This document shows, in pieces, positions 17,709 to 26,384 of a stretch of 64,000 bases of DNA. Below the pieces are notes generated by a model. It did not search any database. It was not told the origin of the DNA and saw only the letters and a list, made by a program, of their open reading frames with translations. Numbering within the stretch: position 1 is the stretch's first letter; every line of letters starts with the position of its first letter. This stretch comes from Phycisphaerales bacterium. Lineage in GTDB: Bacteria; Planctomycetota; Phycisphaerae; Phycisphaerales; SM1A02. The position numbers were made by a program, and so were the translations under genes. The stretch spans positions 3,683 to 67,682 of the forward strand of contig JBPCKF010000106.1 of the NCBI GenBank assembly GCA_051004555.1, given 5' to 3'.

Positions 17709-19936
17709 GCGTCGCAACCTCGACCATTCAGATTGCCCTCATCGGCAATCCCAATACGGGCAAGACCACACTCTTCAACCGCCTCACCGGAACGCATCAA
17801 CGCGTCGGCAACTATCCGGGCGTGACGGTTGAAAAGAAAGTCGGCACGCTCAAACTTCCCACCCAGGATGTCTCCCTGGTTGATCTGCCCGGCACCTACA
17901 GTCTGGCTGCAGCCAGCGCAGATGAGCGCGTCGCAATCGATGTCCTCTCCGGCTATGGCGCTCAACAGCACGCACAACCGCCCGATGCAGTGATCTGCGT
18001 TGTTGATGCATGCAATCTCTTGCGCAATCTCTTTCTTGCATCCCAGATTGCTGATCTTAACCTGCCCATGGTGATTGTGCTCAACATGACCGACGCTGCC
18101 CAGAAACAGGGCATTGTCATCGATACCGAACTGCTTGCTGAGCGACTGGGAGCCGAGGTTGTGCAAACCACTGCTTCGCGCGGCATTGGGATGGATACTC
18201 TCAAACTTGCCATCGAACGCGCTCTTGGGCCAGTCGCACAACATGCAAAAATGCCAGGACCGGACTGGCCCCCTGCAGTGATCGAGGCCCGTGATGCCAT
18301 TGCACAACACGCAGCAACGGCAACTGGCGGCGACGTCTCAAACACAGATGCACTCCGCATGCTCTTTGATGTTGATACTGCCATCCCGGAACGGCTGGGG
18401 TGGAACCCTGCTGATGCACAGACTGTCATTCACAAAGCTCGCGCGAGCCTCGATGCAGCGGGTCTCAACGCGGTCAGCGCTGAAGCCCTTCTTCGCTATG
18501 GCTGGCTGAGTGACACCACCGAAGGCGTGATCACACATACAGATCAAACACCGCTGCCACGACGCAGCGAGACAGTCGACCGCATCTTTACTGATCGTGT
18601 GTGGGGCGTTGTGGTACTGCTTGCCATCATGACGCTGGTCTTTCAATCTATCTACACGCTGGCGGTGCCGATGATGGATGGCATTGATGCCCTCACAGGC
18701 ATGCTTGGCAGCCTCGTCGGCGGCTGGCTGGTCAATCTTCCCATGCTGCAGAGTCTGGTTGTGGATGGCATCATCGGCGGCGTTGGATCGGTCATCATCT
18801 TCCTGCCACAGATCCTCATTCTCTTTTTCGCGATTGCGCTGCTCGAAGACACTGGCTACATGGCCCGGGCTGCGTTTCTGCTTGATCGACTTTTTGCATG
18901 GTGCGGATTGAACGGGCGCAGCTTTGTACCAATGCTTTCGAGTTATGCATGCGCGATTCCCGGCGTCATGTCGGCCCGCACTATTGACGATCCCAAAGCA
19001 AGACTCGTCACAATCCTTATTGCGCCGCTCATGAGTTGTTCTGCGCGCCTGCCTGTGTATGTCCTCCTGATCGGGGCGTTCATCGAGCCGCTGTATGGAC
19101 CTGCGATGGCTGGCTTTGCGCTGGTCGCGATGCACATGGTCGGACTTTTCTTTGCGATCCCAATTGCATGGATCTTTCGCAAGACAATGATGCGCGGCCC
19201 GCGCGTGCCATTTGTCATGGAGATGCCCCCCTACCGCGCCCCGCAATTGCGCAACGTGATCTGGCGAATGTGGCAGAGCGCTTTAAAGTTTCTCAAACGC
19301 GCGGGCACAATCATTTTCGCAATGACAATCATCATCTGGGCGCTCAGTTCATTCCCACGACCTGCATCTGTTGCAGATGATGTCACCGCAACATTCATAC
19401 AAGAACAGCAGCGTGACAACGGCGCTTCCGAAGATGCCATCCGCGCTGCGCTTGTAGATGAAGCATCGTCTGAATCTGCAGTGCTTGCCGGCCGCATTGA
19501 TGGTGCATATCTCGAACAGAGCTACCTCGGCCGCGCTGGCAAAGCTGCCCAGCCGATCTTTGACCCTGCTGGCTTTGACTGGAAAATCACGGTGGGCGTC
19601 CTCGCGAGTTTCCCGGCCCGCGAGGTGATCGTCGCAACCATGGGCATCCTCTATAACCTAGGTGGCGAGGTTGATGAAGGGTCAACCGATCTTGCAGGAG
19701 CGCTGCGGGCCTCACGCTGGGAGAGCGGCAAACGCGCTGGCCAACCCGTCTTCACGCCACTGGTCGCAGTGGGCATCATGATCTTCTTCGCGCTGTGTCT
19801 GCAGTGTGGGTCGACCGTGGCGGTGATTGCCCGCGAATCGAGCTGGGGATGGGCGATCTTCGCATTCGTGTACATGACAGCACTCGCATGGCTGGCAGCC
19901 GTCGCGGTGTACCAGATCGGCAGCGCACTGGGGTGA
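17705..19936 (+). CDS. feoB: ferrous iron transporter FeoB
   Basis: N-terminal G domain IALIGNPNTGKTTLFNRLTG, DLPGTYSL, and a polytopic C-terminal permease. ATGA overlap with feoA2. Confidence 0.95.
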   Translation: MSVATSTIQIALIGNPNTGKTTLFNRLTGTHQRVGNYPGVTVEKKVGTLKLPTQDVSLVDLPGTYSLAAASADERVAIDVLSGYGAQQHAQPPDAVICVVDACNLLRNLFLASQIADLNLPMVIVLNMTDAAQKQGIVIDTELLAERLGAEVVQTTASRGIGMDTLKLAIERALGPVAQHAKMPGPDWPPAVIEARDAIAQHAATATGGDVSNTDALRMLFDVDTAIPERLGWNPADAQTVIHKARASLDAAGLNAVSAEALLRYGWLSDTTEGVITHTDQTPLPRRSETVDRIFTDRVWGVVVLLAIMTLVFQSIYTLAVPMMDGIDALTGMLGSLVGGWLVNLPMLQSLVVDGIIGGVGSVIIFLPQILILFFAIALLEDTGYMARAAFLLDRLFAWCGLNGRSFVPMLSSYACAIPGVMSARTIDDPKARLVTILIAPLMSCSARLPVYVLLIGAFIEPLYGPAMAGFALVAMHMVGLFFAIPIAWIFRKTMMRGPRVPFVMEMPPYRAPQLRNVIWRMWQSALKFLKRAGTIIFAMTIIIWALSSFPRPASVADDVTATFIQEQQRDNGASEDAIRAALVDEASSESAVLAGRIDGAYLEQSYLGRAGKAAQPIFDPAGFDWKITVGVLASFPAREVIVATMGILYNLGGEVDEGSTDLAGALRASRWESGKRAGQPVFTPLVAVGIMIFFALCLQCGSTVAVIARESSWGWAIFAFVYMTALAWLAAVAVYQIGSALG

Positions 19937-20180
19937 ACACTGGAGTGCAATCGTAATGCTTCTGGTAATACATGCCGCGCATGCGCAGGATAAGTCCGAT
20001 CGTCTGATTGTCGAACTTCGCGAACAGGCGGAAACGCAGCCGCCAGTTGGCGAGGGGTTCGATTATCTGCTGAACAATCCCTAGTCGCAGGGTGGCCCCA
20101 GCGCCAGCCTTGCCCGGGGCCGAAAATGCGATAGAATCATGGCCCCGTTGAAAACAGTCCCATTCGGAGCCGCACGCACT

Positions 20181-20498
20181 ATGTACGCCATCATCGAAGA
20201 CAGTGGAACACAGATCAAAGTCTCGCCCGGCGATGTCATCGAAATCGACCTCCGCAGTGACGCTGCGCCAGAGTCGACAATCTCCTTTGATCGCGTGCTG
20301 GCGGTCGGCGATGGCGAAGCAGCTGCCTCGATCGGGCGGCCATATCTTCCCGGCGCGACGGTGACCGCAACGGTGATTGAAGAGTTCAAGGACAAGAAGA
20401 TTGATGTCCGCAAGTTCAAACGCCGCAAGGGCTATCAGCGGAAACAGGGCCATCGCCAGCGCCTGCTGCGCGTGAAGGTCGAAAGCATCAACGCGTAA
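20181..20498 (+). CDS. rplU: 50S ribosomal protein L21
   Basis: MYAIIEDSGTQIKVSPGDVIEIDL ... KFKRRKGYQRKQGHRQ. Start moved to the conserved MYAII. Confidence 0.9.
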   Translation: MYAIIEDSGTQIKVSPGDVIEIDLRSDAAPESTISFDRVLAVGDGEAAASIGRPYLPGATVTATVIEEFKDKKIDVRKFKRRKGYQRKQGHRQRLLRVKVESINA

Positions 20499-20558
20499 AG
20501 CGCGTTGCGTGCGACAAGCCCATGCCCAGGCATCCACGCCTGGGCCGCGGCAAAATCC

Positions 20559-21011
20559 TTATCCTCCCGGCGCGCGATACGTTCCGCTGGCTTGGCCCCA
20601 GTTGAGCGCAACTTTCCACATTGATGCCTTCTGGCAGCGGTCACATTCGATGTTGAGGTTGTCCAGAAGTTCGGGGATGTTGTCGCCGTGGGCGCAGAGG
20701 ACGAGTGTGTGATCGGCGTCGACGGTTTCAAGATCGATGAAGTCGTCGAGGTTGATGGTTGTGGATTCGATGAGTCGGGGATCGACTTCCAAGGCGATGT
20801 TCAACTGCTGGCTGAGCGGCGTGACGGTCTGCACGCATCTGGTTGCTGGTGAGGAGATGATGCGGTGAATGCCTGCGTTCGCGAGCGTATCTGCGAGATC
20901 GCTGGCCTGGGCGTGCCCTTTGGGTGTCAGCGGGCGATCACGATCGTCAGTGCCGTTGTATGCACGACGATCGAGGGCTTGAGCATGGCGGATGAGATAG
21001 ACAGTTGGCAT
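20559..21011 (-). CDS. histidine phosphatase superfamily protein (SixA-like)
   Basis: VYLIRHAQA ... RPLTPKGHAQA ... SSPATRCVQT ... CAHGDN. Confidence 0.75.
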   Translation of the reverse strand: MPTVYLIRHAQALDRRAYNGTDDRDRPLTPKGHAQASDLADTLANAGIHRIISSPATRCVQTVTPLSQQLNIALEVDPRLIESTTINLDDFIDLETVDADHTLVLCAHGDNIPELLDNLNIECDRCQKASMWKVALNWGQASGTYRAPGG

Positions 21012-21068
21012 GACGTGGTGAGACTAGGCCGTGATGACGATGAGTTCTCGCTGTTCGCGCGCCCACTC

Positions 21069-21197
21069 TGTCATTCCCGCGCGCGGAAATGACACTCTCG
21101 GAGGCCTTCCACGTGTCGGTGCTATCACTGGATTTCCGCCTGCGCGGGAATGACAAAGGCGGGCGCGGGAACGATAGCAGGCGCGGAAATGACAGGA
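21069..21197. repeat. cluster of REP-like palindromic elements (ATTCCCGCGCGC...GGAAATGACA family)
   Basis: tgtcattcccgcgcgcggaaatgaca (near-perfect palindrome), atttccgcctgcgcgggaatgacaa, gcgcgggaacgata, gcgcggaaatgacagg. A related copy (ggattcccgcgcgcagcaggcgaaatgagg) is at 52957-52986. Confidence 0.6.
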
Positions 21198-21320
21198 AGC
21201 GGCAAGTTATCAACAGCCTGTCATGTGCGGATTTGGTTTGTGCGCGATTTCGAGTATGATGTGCGCTGCACCATTGCTGTGCTTCTTTTCATAGTATCGC
21301 TTTGACAGGAGATGCCACCC

Positions 21321-21779
21321 ATGGCAGACAAAGAAACGGATTTCGGAACGGTCATTGGCCCGGATGCCACGTTCAAGGGTGATCTGCGGTTTGATTCGGC
21401 TGCGAAGGTGATGGGCAACATCGAGGGATCGATCAGTTCCAAGGGGACTGTGCACATTGCTGAAGGCTCGAAGTGCAAGGCCACGATTCAGGCCAAGGAA
21501 GTTTCCGTCGAGGGCCGCGTCGAGGGCAACGTCGAAGCGAGTGATCGCATTCAACTCAAGCCCAATGGCGTGATCACAGGCGACATCGTTGCAGCCAAAA
21601 TGACAATGGCAGATGGTGCGTCGATTGATGGCTATTGCAGGATCGGGCAGAATGGCAAGGCCTCAACGCAGGCGGAGCTCAAGCCAGGTTCATCAGCATC
21701 ATCATCATCGGGTTCATCCTCGTCGCAGGACGACAGCTTATCGTCGTCGAGCAACAAGGCGACTGCATCGAAGCGGTAA
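21321..21779 (+). CDS. bactofilin (polymer-forming cytoskeletal protein) with Ser-rich tail
   Basis: Repetitive beta-helix pattern GDLRFDSAAKVMGNIEGSISSKGTVHIAEGSKCKATIQAKEVSVEGRVEGNVEA... AGGAG lies 9 nt before ATG 21321; ATG 21312 is the alternative. Confidence 0.85.
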   Translation: MADKETDFGTVIGPDATFKGDLRFDSAAKVMGNIEGSISSKGTVHIAEGSKCKATIQAKEVSVEGRVEGNVEASDRIQLKPNGVITGDIVAAKMTMADGASIDGYCRIGQNGKASTQAELKPGSSASSSSGSSSSQDDSLSSSSNKATASKR

Positions 21780-21885
21780 GACTCCGGGTGCGCCGCATTG
21801 GCGTAATGTGACTGAAGTCGGCTGGGCTGCTCGGTGCTTGATTGATTGAACGCGCGCTGACAATTGAACCCGCTGGACACGTGAT

Positions 21886-22455
21886 ATGGCAAAGGCGCCT
21901 CGCAAGAAAATCTCGCGTGGCAAGGTTGCGCCACGCAGGACCATCACCTGCTACCTGTGCGGACATGCACAGGAGGTGAGCGGTGTCGCCATGTCGACGA
22001 CGTGTCCCAAGTGTCATAAAGCCATTCGCATTGAAGACCTCATCATCAAGTCGTACACGCCGGTGAACGACCTGGAAACCTGCGGGCGCATTCATGTGAC
22101 CAAGCGCGGCCGCGTCGCAGCCAAGCGCATTCGAGCAGGTGATGGCATCGAATGCGAAGGTGCGATGCAGGGTGCGGTTGAGACGCCAGGCGATGTCACC
22201 TTTGGACCCAAGGCTGAATGGAAAGGTCCAACGCTGCGCAGTCGCACACTCGTGATTGCAGATGGTGTGAAAATCGATGGGCACATCAGCGTGCCCTGGT
22301 TACAGGATGCGGATGCGTCATCAACTTCTGAAGCGGTCGTGGAAGTCAAGCAGATGTCGAAGGCGATGAGCGAGGATGTGCAGTCGCCTTCGACAAACGG
22401 TGCGAAGCAGTCGTCTGCATCGCGTTCGAAGCGTCCAAAGGCAGGCGAATCATAA
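21886..22455 (+). CDS. zinc-ribbon (CxxC...CxxC) protein with bactofilin-like C-terminal domain
   Basis: TCYLCGH...TCPKCHK, followed by G-x-hydrophobic repeats resembling a bactofilin core. Low-complexity basic/Ser tail. Confidence 0.5.
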   Translation: MAKAPRKKISRGKVAPRRTITCYLCGHAQEVSGVAMSTTCPKCHKAIRIEDLIIKSYTPVNDLETCGRIHVTKRGRVAAKRIRAGDGIECEGAMQGAVETPGDVTFGPKAEWKGPTLRSRTLVIADGVKIDGHISVPWLQDADASSTSEAVVEVKQMSKAMSEDVQSPSTNGAKQSSASRSKRPKAGES

Positions 22456-23281
22456 AGCTTGTGCCTCTGCCGACTTCGGAGTCAACTGTGAGTTCGCCTT
22501 GATGTTCATCGACGACGCGTTTTGCAATTGAGAGTCCCAGCCCGGTCCCGCCAGGCCGGCCCGAGACGTAGGGACGAAAGATGGTTGCGAGCTTTTCAGG
22601 ATCGATTCCCGGTCCAGTGTCTGTCACGTGGATGACTGTGTGATCGCGTTCGCGTTTGAGCGAGAGCATAATCTCCCCTTGCCGCGAGGCGGATGGCATC
22701 CGGGTGTCGGCTTGGCTCCTGCGCTCGGGCGACATGGCCTGCACTGCGTTAATGAGCAGATTCAGCAGCGCCTGCTTGAGCAGCGATGCATCGACAAACG
22801 CGTTGACTGGTTCGTGCGGCACCTGCACGCGCAGCAGCACGCGGGCCTGCTCGCACTGCGGCAGAAAGAAGTCGCTCAGTTCGTTGATGAGCTGGGCGAG
22901 GTCGTGCGACTCAGCAGCAAGTTTGAAGTGGCCCGCGAACTGGAGAAAATCATCGAGAATCGAGCGCAGGCGTCCGATCTCCCGCTGCAAGGGATCCAGA
23001 CGACGAAGCAGACGATCTCGCTTCTCCTGTGCAACGTCCAACTCTTCGATTCCCTCAGCAAGGAGCGCAACATTGAGAATGACCGTCGAGAGCGGATTGC
23101 GGATTTCGTGGGCAAGTCCGCCCGTCATCGAGCCCAACTCAGCCAGCCGCTCAGCATCGCGGGCTCGACGTTCGGCAAGACGGGCTCGATGTTCCCCACG
23201 GCGCAAGAGGCCACGCATCACGGGCAGCATGGCAGCCAGCGTAGCAATAACACCGATTGTCACCCAAAGAACGTTATCCAT
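22346..23281 (-). CDS. sensor histidine kinase (single TM, HisKA + HATPase_c)
   Basis: LAHEIRNPL H-box, HVTDTGPGI, GGTGLGLSIAKRVV. Start set at MDNVLWVTIGVIATLAAML (TM helix). Confidence 0.85.
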   Translation of the reverse strand: MDNVLWVTIGVIATLAAMLPVMRGLLRRGEHRARLAERRARDAERLAELGSMTGGLAHEIRNPLSTVILNVALLAEGIEELDVAQEKRDRLLRRLDPLQREIGRLRSILDDFLQFAGHFKLAAESHDLAQLINELSDFFLPQCEQARVLLRVQVPHEPVNAFVDASLLKQALLNLLINAVQAMSPERRSQADTRMPSASRQGEIMLSLKRERDHTVIHVTDTGPGIDPEKLATIFRPYVSGRPGGTGLGLSIAKRVVDEHQGELTVDSEVGRGTSFMIRLPLDASNAMQTTASHRLSKATAHPRSSPSTSA

Positions 23282-23398
23282 GTCTCGCAATTCTGATTGC
23301 GGTGCGCAATCCTCACAGTCACAGTCTAGACTGCGTGCACGAGGTTTTCGGCAAATCACCGCGATCTCAGGCAACGCACATCTGGAATACCAGCCCAC

Positions 23399-24919
23399 AT
23401 GGCCAACGCGAACGACTCACAACTGCTTGATCGCAAAGCGCTGCTGGCGCTGCTTGATGCCAGCCGCGCCATCAATGAAGCCAACGAGCTGCCTGTGGTG
23501 TTTCGCAGAGTCACCGAAGCAGCTGCCAATGTCCTGGCAGCTGATGCAGCCAGCCTGCTGATTCTCGAACAGGAGCGCAACGAACTGGTGTTTGTCACCA
23601 CCACCGGCCCTGTGTCCGAGAGCCTGAGCGGGATGCGCATGCCTGCTGAGAAGGGTATCGCGGGTCAGGCGATCCGCACCGGACGTGCTGTTGTCGTGCA
23701 CGACGTTCGCGAGAATCTCAATTTCTTTGATGACATCGATGCGCGGACAGCCATGAAAACCCGCGGCCTGATGGCGGCGCCGCTCGTTTCTGCAGGCGTG
23801 ACACTTGGTGTGATTGAGGTGCTCAATCCCATCGGACGGGACAGGTTCACTGAGATTGATCTCAAGCTGCTGCAGGTCTTTGCCAACATGGTTGCATCGG
23901 GGATGCGGCATGCACAACAACTCGATCGCTGCGCCCGCGAGAATACTGTTCGCCGGAAGATCGCAACCAACAGGCATGCTGTGATTGGGAGCGCAGATGC
24001 TTTTCAACACGTGCTTGCGCTGTGTGATCGCGTGGCCACCGTGCGAACGACAGTGCTGATCACAGGTGAAACCGGAACAGGAAAGGAAGTTGCAGCCAGA
24101 TACATTCATGATCGCTCGAGCAGATCGCGAGCTCCCTTTGTCGCGGTCAACTGCGCAGCCATAAGCGAAACGCTGCTGGAGAGTGAACTTTTCGGTCATG
24201 AAAAGGGCGCGTTCACTGGTGCTGATCGCGATCGGGCTGGCTGGTTCGAGTTAGCGGATGGCGGGACGTTGTTTCTCGATGAAATTGGCGAACTCACCGC
24301 AGCCACGCAAGCGAAACTGTTGCGGGTGCTGCAGGAAGGCGAGTTTGTGCGTGTGGGTGGCTCGAAGCCGACAAGTTGCGATGTGCGGGTGCTGACTGCA
24401 ACCAACCGTAATCTGGAAGCCTGCATGCAGGAAGGTACGTTTCGCGAAGACCTCTTCTATCGCATCAATGTTTTTCCGGTTCATATGCCTGCGTTGCGTG
24501 AACGCTCTGAAGATGTCACTCCGCTGGCTGAGCACTTTCTGAAAGCGGTTGCAACTGATATGGGCATCGCAGCCCCAACAATGACACCAGCTGCGCTTGA
24601 GGCATTGCAGAAGTACCAGTGGCCGGGCAACATCCGCGAGTTCCGGAATGTGATTGAACGTTGCGTGCTGCTGGTGCGCGATGAGATTGATGTGCATCAC
24701 CTTCCTCGCGAACTTGGAGGCGAGTCGCGCATGTCTGCGACAGGCCCACTCGTGATGACCAACGATCAGCAATCCGCGGGCGAACCCGATCCTGAGGTCA
24801 TTCGGGCCGCTCTTGATGAGCATGACTGGAACATCGCGCAGGCAGCCCGCCAACTCAACCTCTCACGCGATGCATTGCGCTACCGCATGAAGAAACTCAA
24901 CATCGAACAGGACCAGTAA
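23399..24919 (+). CDS. sigma-54-dependent transcriptional activator with N-terminal GAF domain (no receiver domain)
   Basis: [15 protein letters not shown] Walker [16 protein letters not shown] (GAFTGA loop), C-terminal Fis-type [25 protein letters not shown]. The N-terminal ~170 aa are GAF-like. Confidence 0.9.
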   Translation: MANANDSQLLDRKALLALLDASRAINEANELPVVFRRVTEAAANVLAADAASLLILEQERNELVFVTTTGPVSESLSGMRMPAEKGIAGQAIRTGRAVVVHDVRENLNFFDDIDARTAMKTRGLMAAPLVSAGVTLGVIEVLNPIGRDRFTEIDLKLLQVFANMVASGMRHAQQLDRCARENTVRRKIATNRHAVIGSADAFQHVLALCDRVATVRTTVLITGETGTGKEVAARYIHDRSSRSRAPFVAVNCAAISETLLESELFGHEKGAFTGADRDRAGWFELADGGTLFLDEIGELTAATQAKLLRVLQEGEFVRVGGSKPTSCDVRVLTATNRNLEACMQEGTFREDLFYRINVFPVHMPALRERSEDVTPLAEHFLKAVATDMGIAAPTMTPAALEALQKYQWPGNIREFRNVIERCVLLVRDEIDVHHLPRELGGESRMSATGPLVMTNDQQSAGEPDPEVIRAALDEHDWNIAQAARQLNLSRDALRYRMKKLNIEQDQ

Positions 24920-24934
24920 TCTCGATCTCAAACC

Positions 24935-25780
24935 TCAGGTTTCAGATCGTAATACTAATCCATCAAATGCCAGTGACATGCCGGATGGCAACTCGGGATC
25001 GAGATCTGCGTGTCGAATGTCATGTGTCATGTGGGTAAACCACGTTTGCTGTGCTCCGACCTGTTGCGCGATCGTGATCGCCTGATCGACAGTGAAATGT
25101 GTTGGATGATGCCGATAGCGCAGCATGTCGAGCACCAGTGTGTTCACACCTTCAAACAGTGGCCACGCGTGTGGCGGAATCGCAGACACATCTGTGCAGT
25201 ACGCCAATGGAAGCAGCGATACGTTCCCGCCCGCGTCGCTTCCCGCTCGCTCGATCCGAAAACCCAGCATCGGCAACCGACCATGCAACAATGGAATTGC
25301 GGTCACCAGGACTCCGAAGCGTTCGATTGTCTGCATGGGCTCAATCACGTGCGGGATCAAGGTGGCAACAAATGATTGATTCACATTCTGATGTGCTCGG
25401 AAGACATGTTCGTAGACGCGTTCGAGCGTGTGCATTGTGTTTGCATCTGCAAAGATGTCGATGGGTGCCTGCATCACCGCGTTGAAGCGGCGAACCTCAT
25501 CGAGGCCAAACGTGTGATCGACGTGATTGTGCGTAAAGAAGATACCATCACACCGTGTGATGTTGTGACGCAGAGCCTGCTGACGCAGATCAGGTGTTGC
25601 ATCAAGCAGAAGGACGCGTTTCTGCCCGTTTGCATCACTGAACTGCACACACGCTCCAGCCCGCAGCCGCTTGTCACGGGGATCCGCAGAACTGCAGACT
25701 TCACAGTCGCAGGCAATGATGGGGATGCCTGCCGATGTCCCCGTGCCTAGAAAAGTGAACTCGAAGCTGCTGTCAACCAT
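24935..25780 (-). CDS. MBL-fold metallo-hydrolase (PhnP/PqqB-like)
   Basis: FTFLGTGTSAGIP ... FFTHNHVDHTFGLDE (HxHxDH). Start set at MVDSSFEF. Confidence 0.8.
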   Translation of the reverse strand: MVDSSFEFTFLGTGTSAGIPIIACDCEVCSSADPRDKRLRAGACVQFSDANGQKRVLLLDATPDLRQQALRHNITRCDGIFFTHNHVDHTFGLDEVRRFNAVMQAPIDIFADANTMHTLERVYEHVFRAHQNVNQSFVATLIPHVIEPMQTIERFGVLVTAIPLLHGRLPMLGFRIERAGSDAGGNVSLLPLAYCTDVSAIPPHAWPLFEGVNTLVLDMLRYRHHPTHFTVDQAITIAQQVGAQQTWFTHMTHDIRHADLDPELPSGMSLAFDGLVLRSET

Positions 25781-25851
25781 GGCGGAAAGTGTAGCGAGCG
25801 ATTGCGATGGGCCGTTTCGGCACGCCCGCGAGTTGGTCACTACAGTCATCC

Positions 25852-26361
25852 ATGAACGGCCGACGCTTTACACTGGGCCTGCTCGTGATTGTGCTCATCA
25901 TCCTTGGGCTGACCTTGTACCTCAGCAGCGATTGGACACTTCTCGGCGGCATCGTGACGATGACCGGCGTCCTGCTGGCTGTGATTGGCGTCTTTGTGAT
26001 CCGGCGGGGAGATCGGCCGCGCCTCAATGAGCCCGAGAGGATTGAACAACTCGATGCACAGAGGACTGCCATGTTGATTCGCGGCACCAGCATGCATCTG
26101 CGCGATATGAACTATTCGTATTCCATCAGACCCGATCATGGCACCACCCGAGTTGCATTTACCGCAGAAGTAAACACAATTCTACTCGGCTTCCTCCCCG
26201 TCATTCTGATGGAAAACCAGACTGAGCGCCAGGGTGAGGGGTTTGTTGCATTCCCGTACGATGGTGAACGATGGCGCGGCCCGGGATTACCATGCGCGGG
26301 TGAGCCGGATGAAGCGATCGCCCACGCAGCCCGTTGTGTCGCGCCGCTGGGAGAGGAATAG
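25852..26361 (+). CDS. hypothetical membrane protein (two TM helices)
   Basis: MNGRRFTLGLLVIVLIILGLTLYL and LLGGIVTMTGVLLAVIGVFVI. No family recognised. Confidence 0.45.
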   Translation: MNGRRFTLGLLVIVLIILGLTLYLSSDWTLLGGIVTMTGVLLAVIGVFVIRRGDRPRLNEPERIEQLDAQRTAMLIRGTSMHLRDMNYSYSIRPDHGTTRVAFTAEVNTILLGFLPVILMENQTERQGEGFVAFPYDGERWRGPGLPCAGEPDEAIAHAARCVAPLGEE

Positions 26362-26384
26362 CCCAGCGCTCACACTGCCCCGAC

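Noticed and set aside
17513-19246. 265-aa and 302-aa minus-strand ORFs
   Set aside because: Both are antisense shadows of feoB.
19776-20537. 253-aa minus-strand ORF spanning the feoB end to rplU
   Set aside because: It is antisense to two well-supported genes (feoB C-terminus and rplU) and has no recognisable motif. This is a typical GC-rich shadow ORF.
20181-20560. rplU not followed by rpmA/obg
   Set aside because: This is unusual relative to many bacteria, but the gene is intact and followed by a convergent gene. It is probably a lineage-specific rearrangement and not evidence of anything new.
23417-24199. 260-aa minus-strand ORF
   Set aside because: It is antisense to the sigma-54 activator gene.
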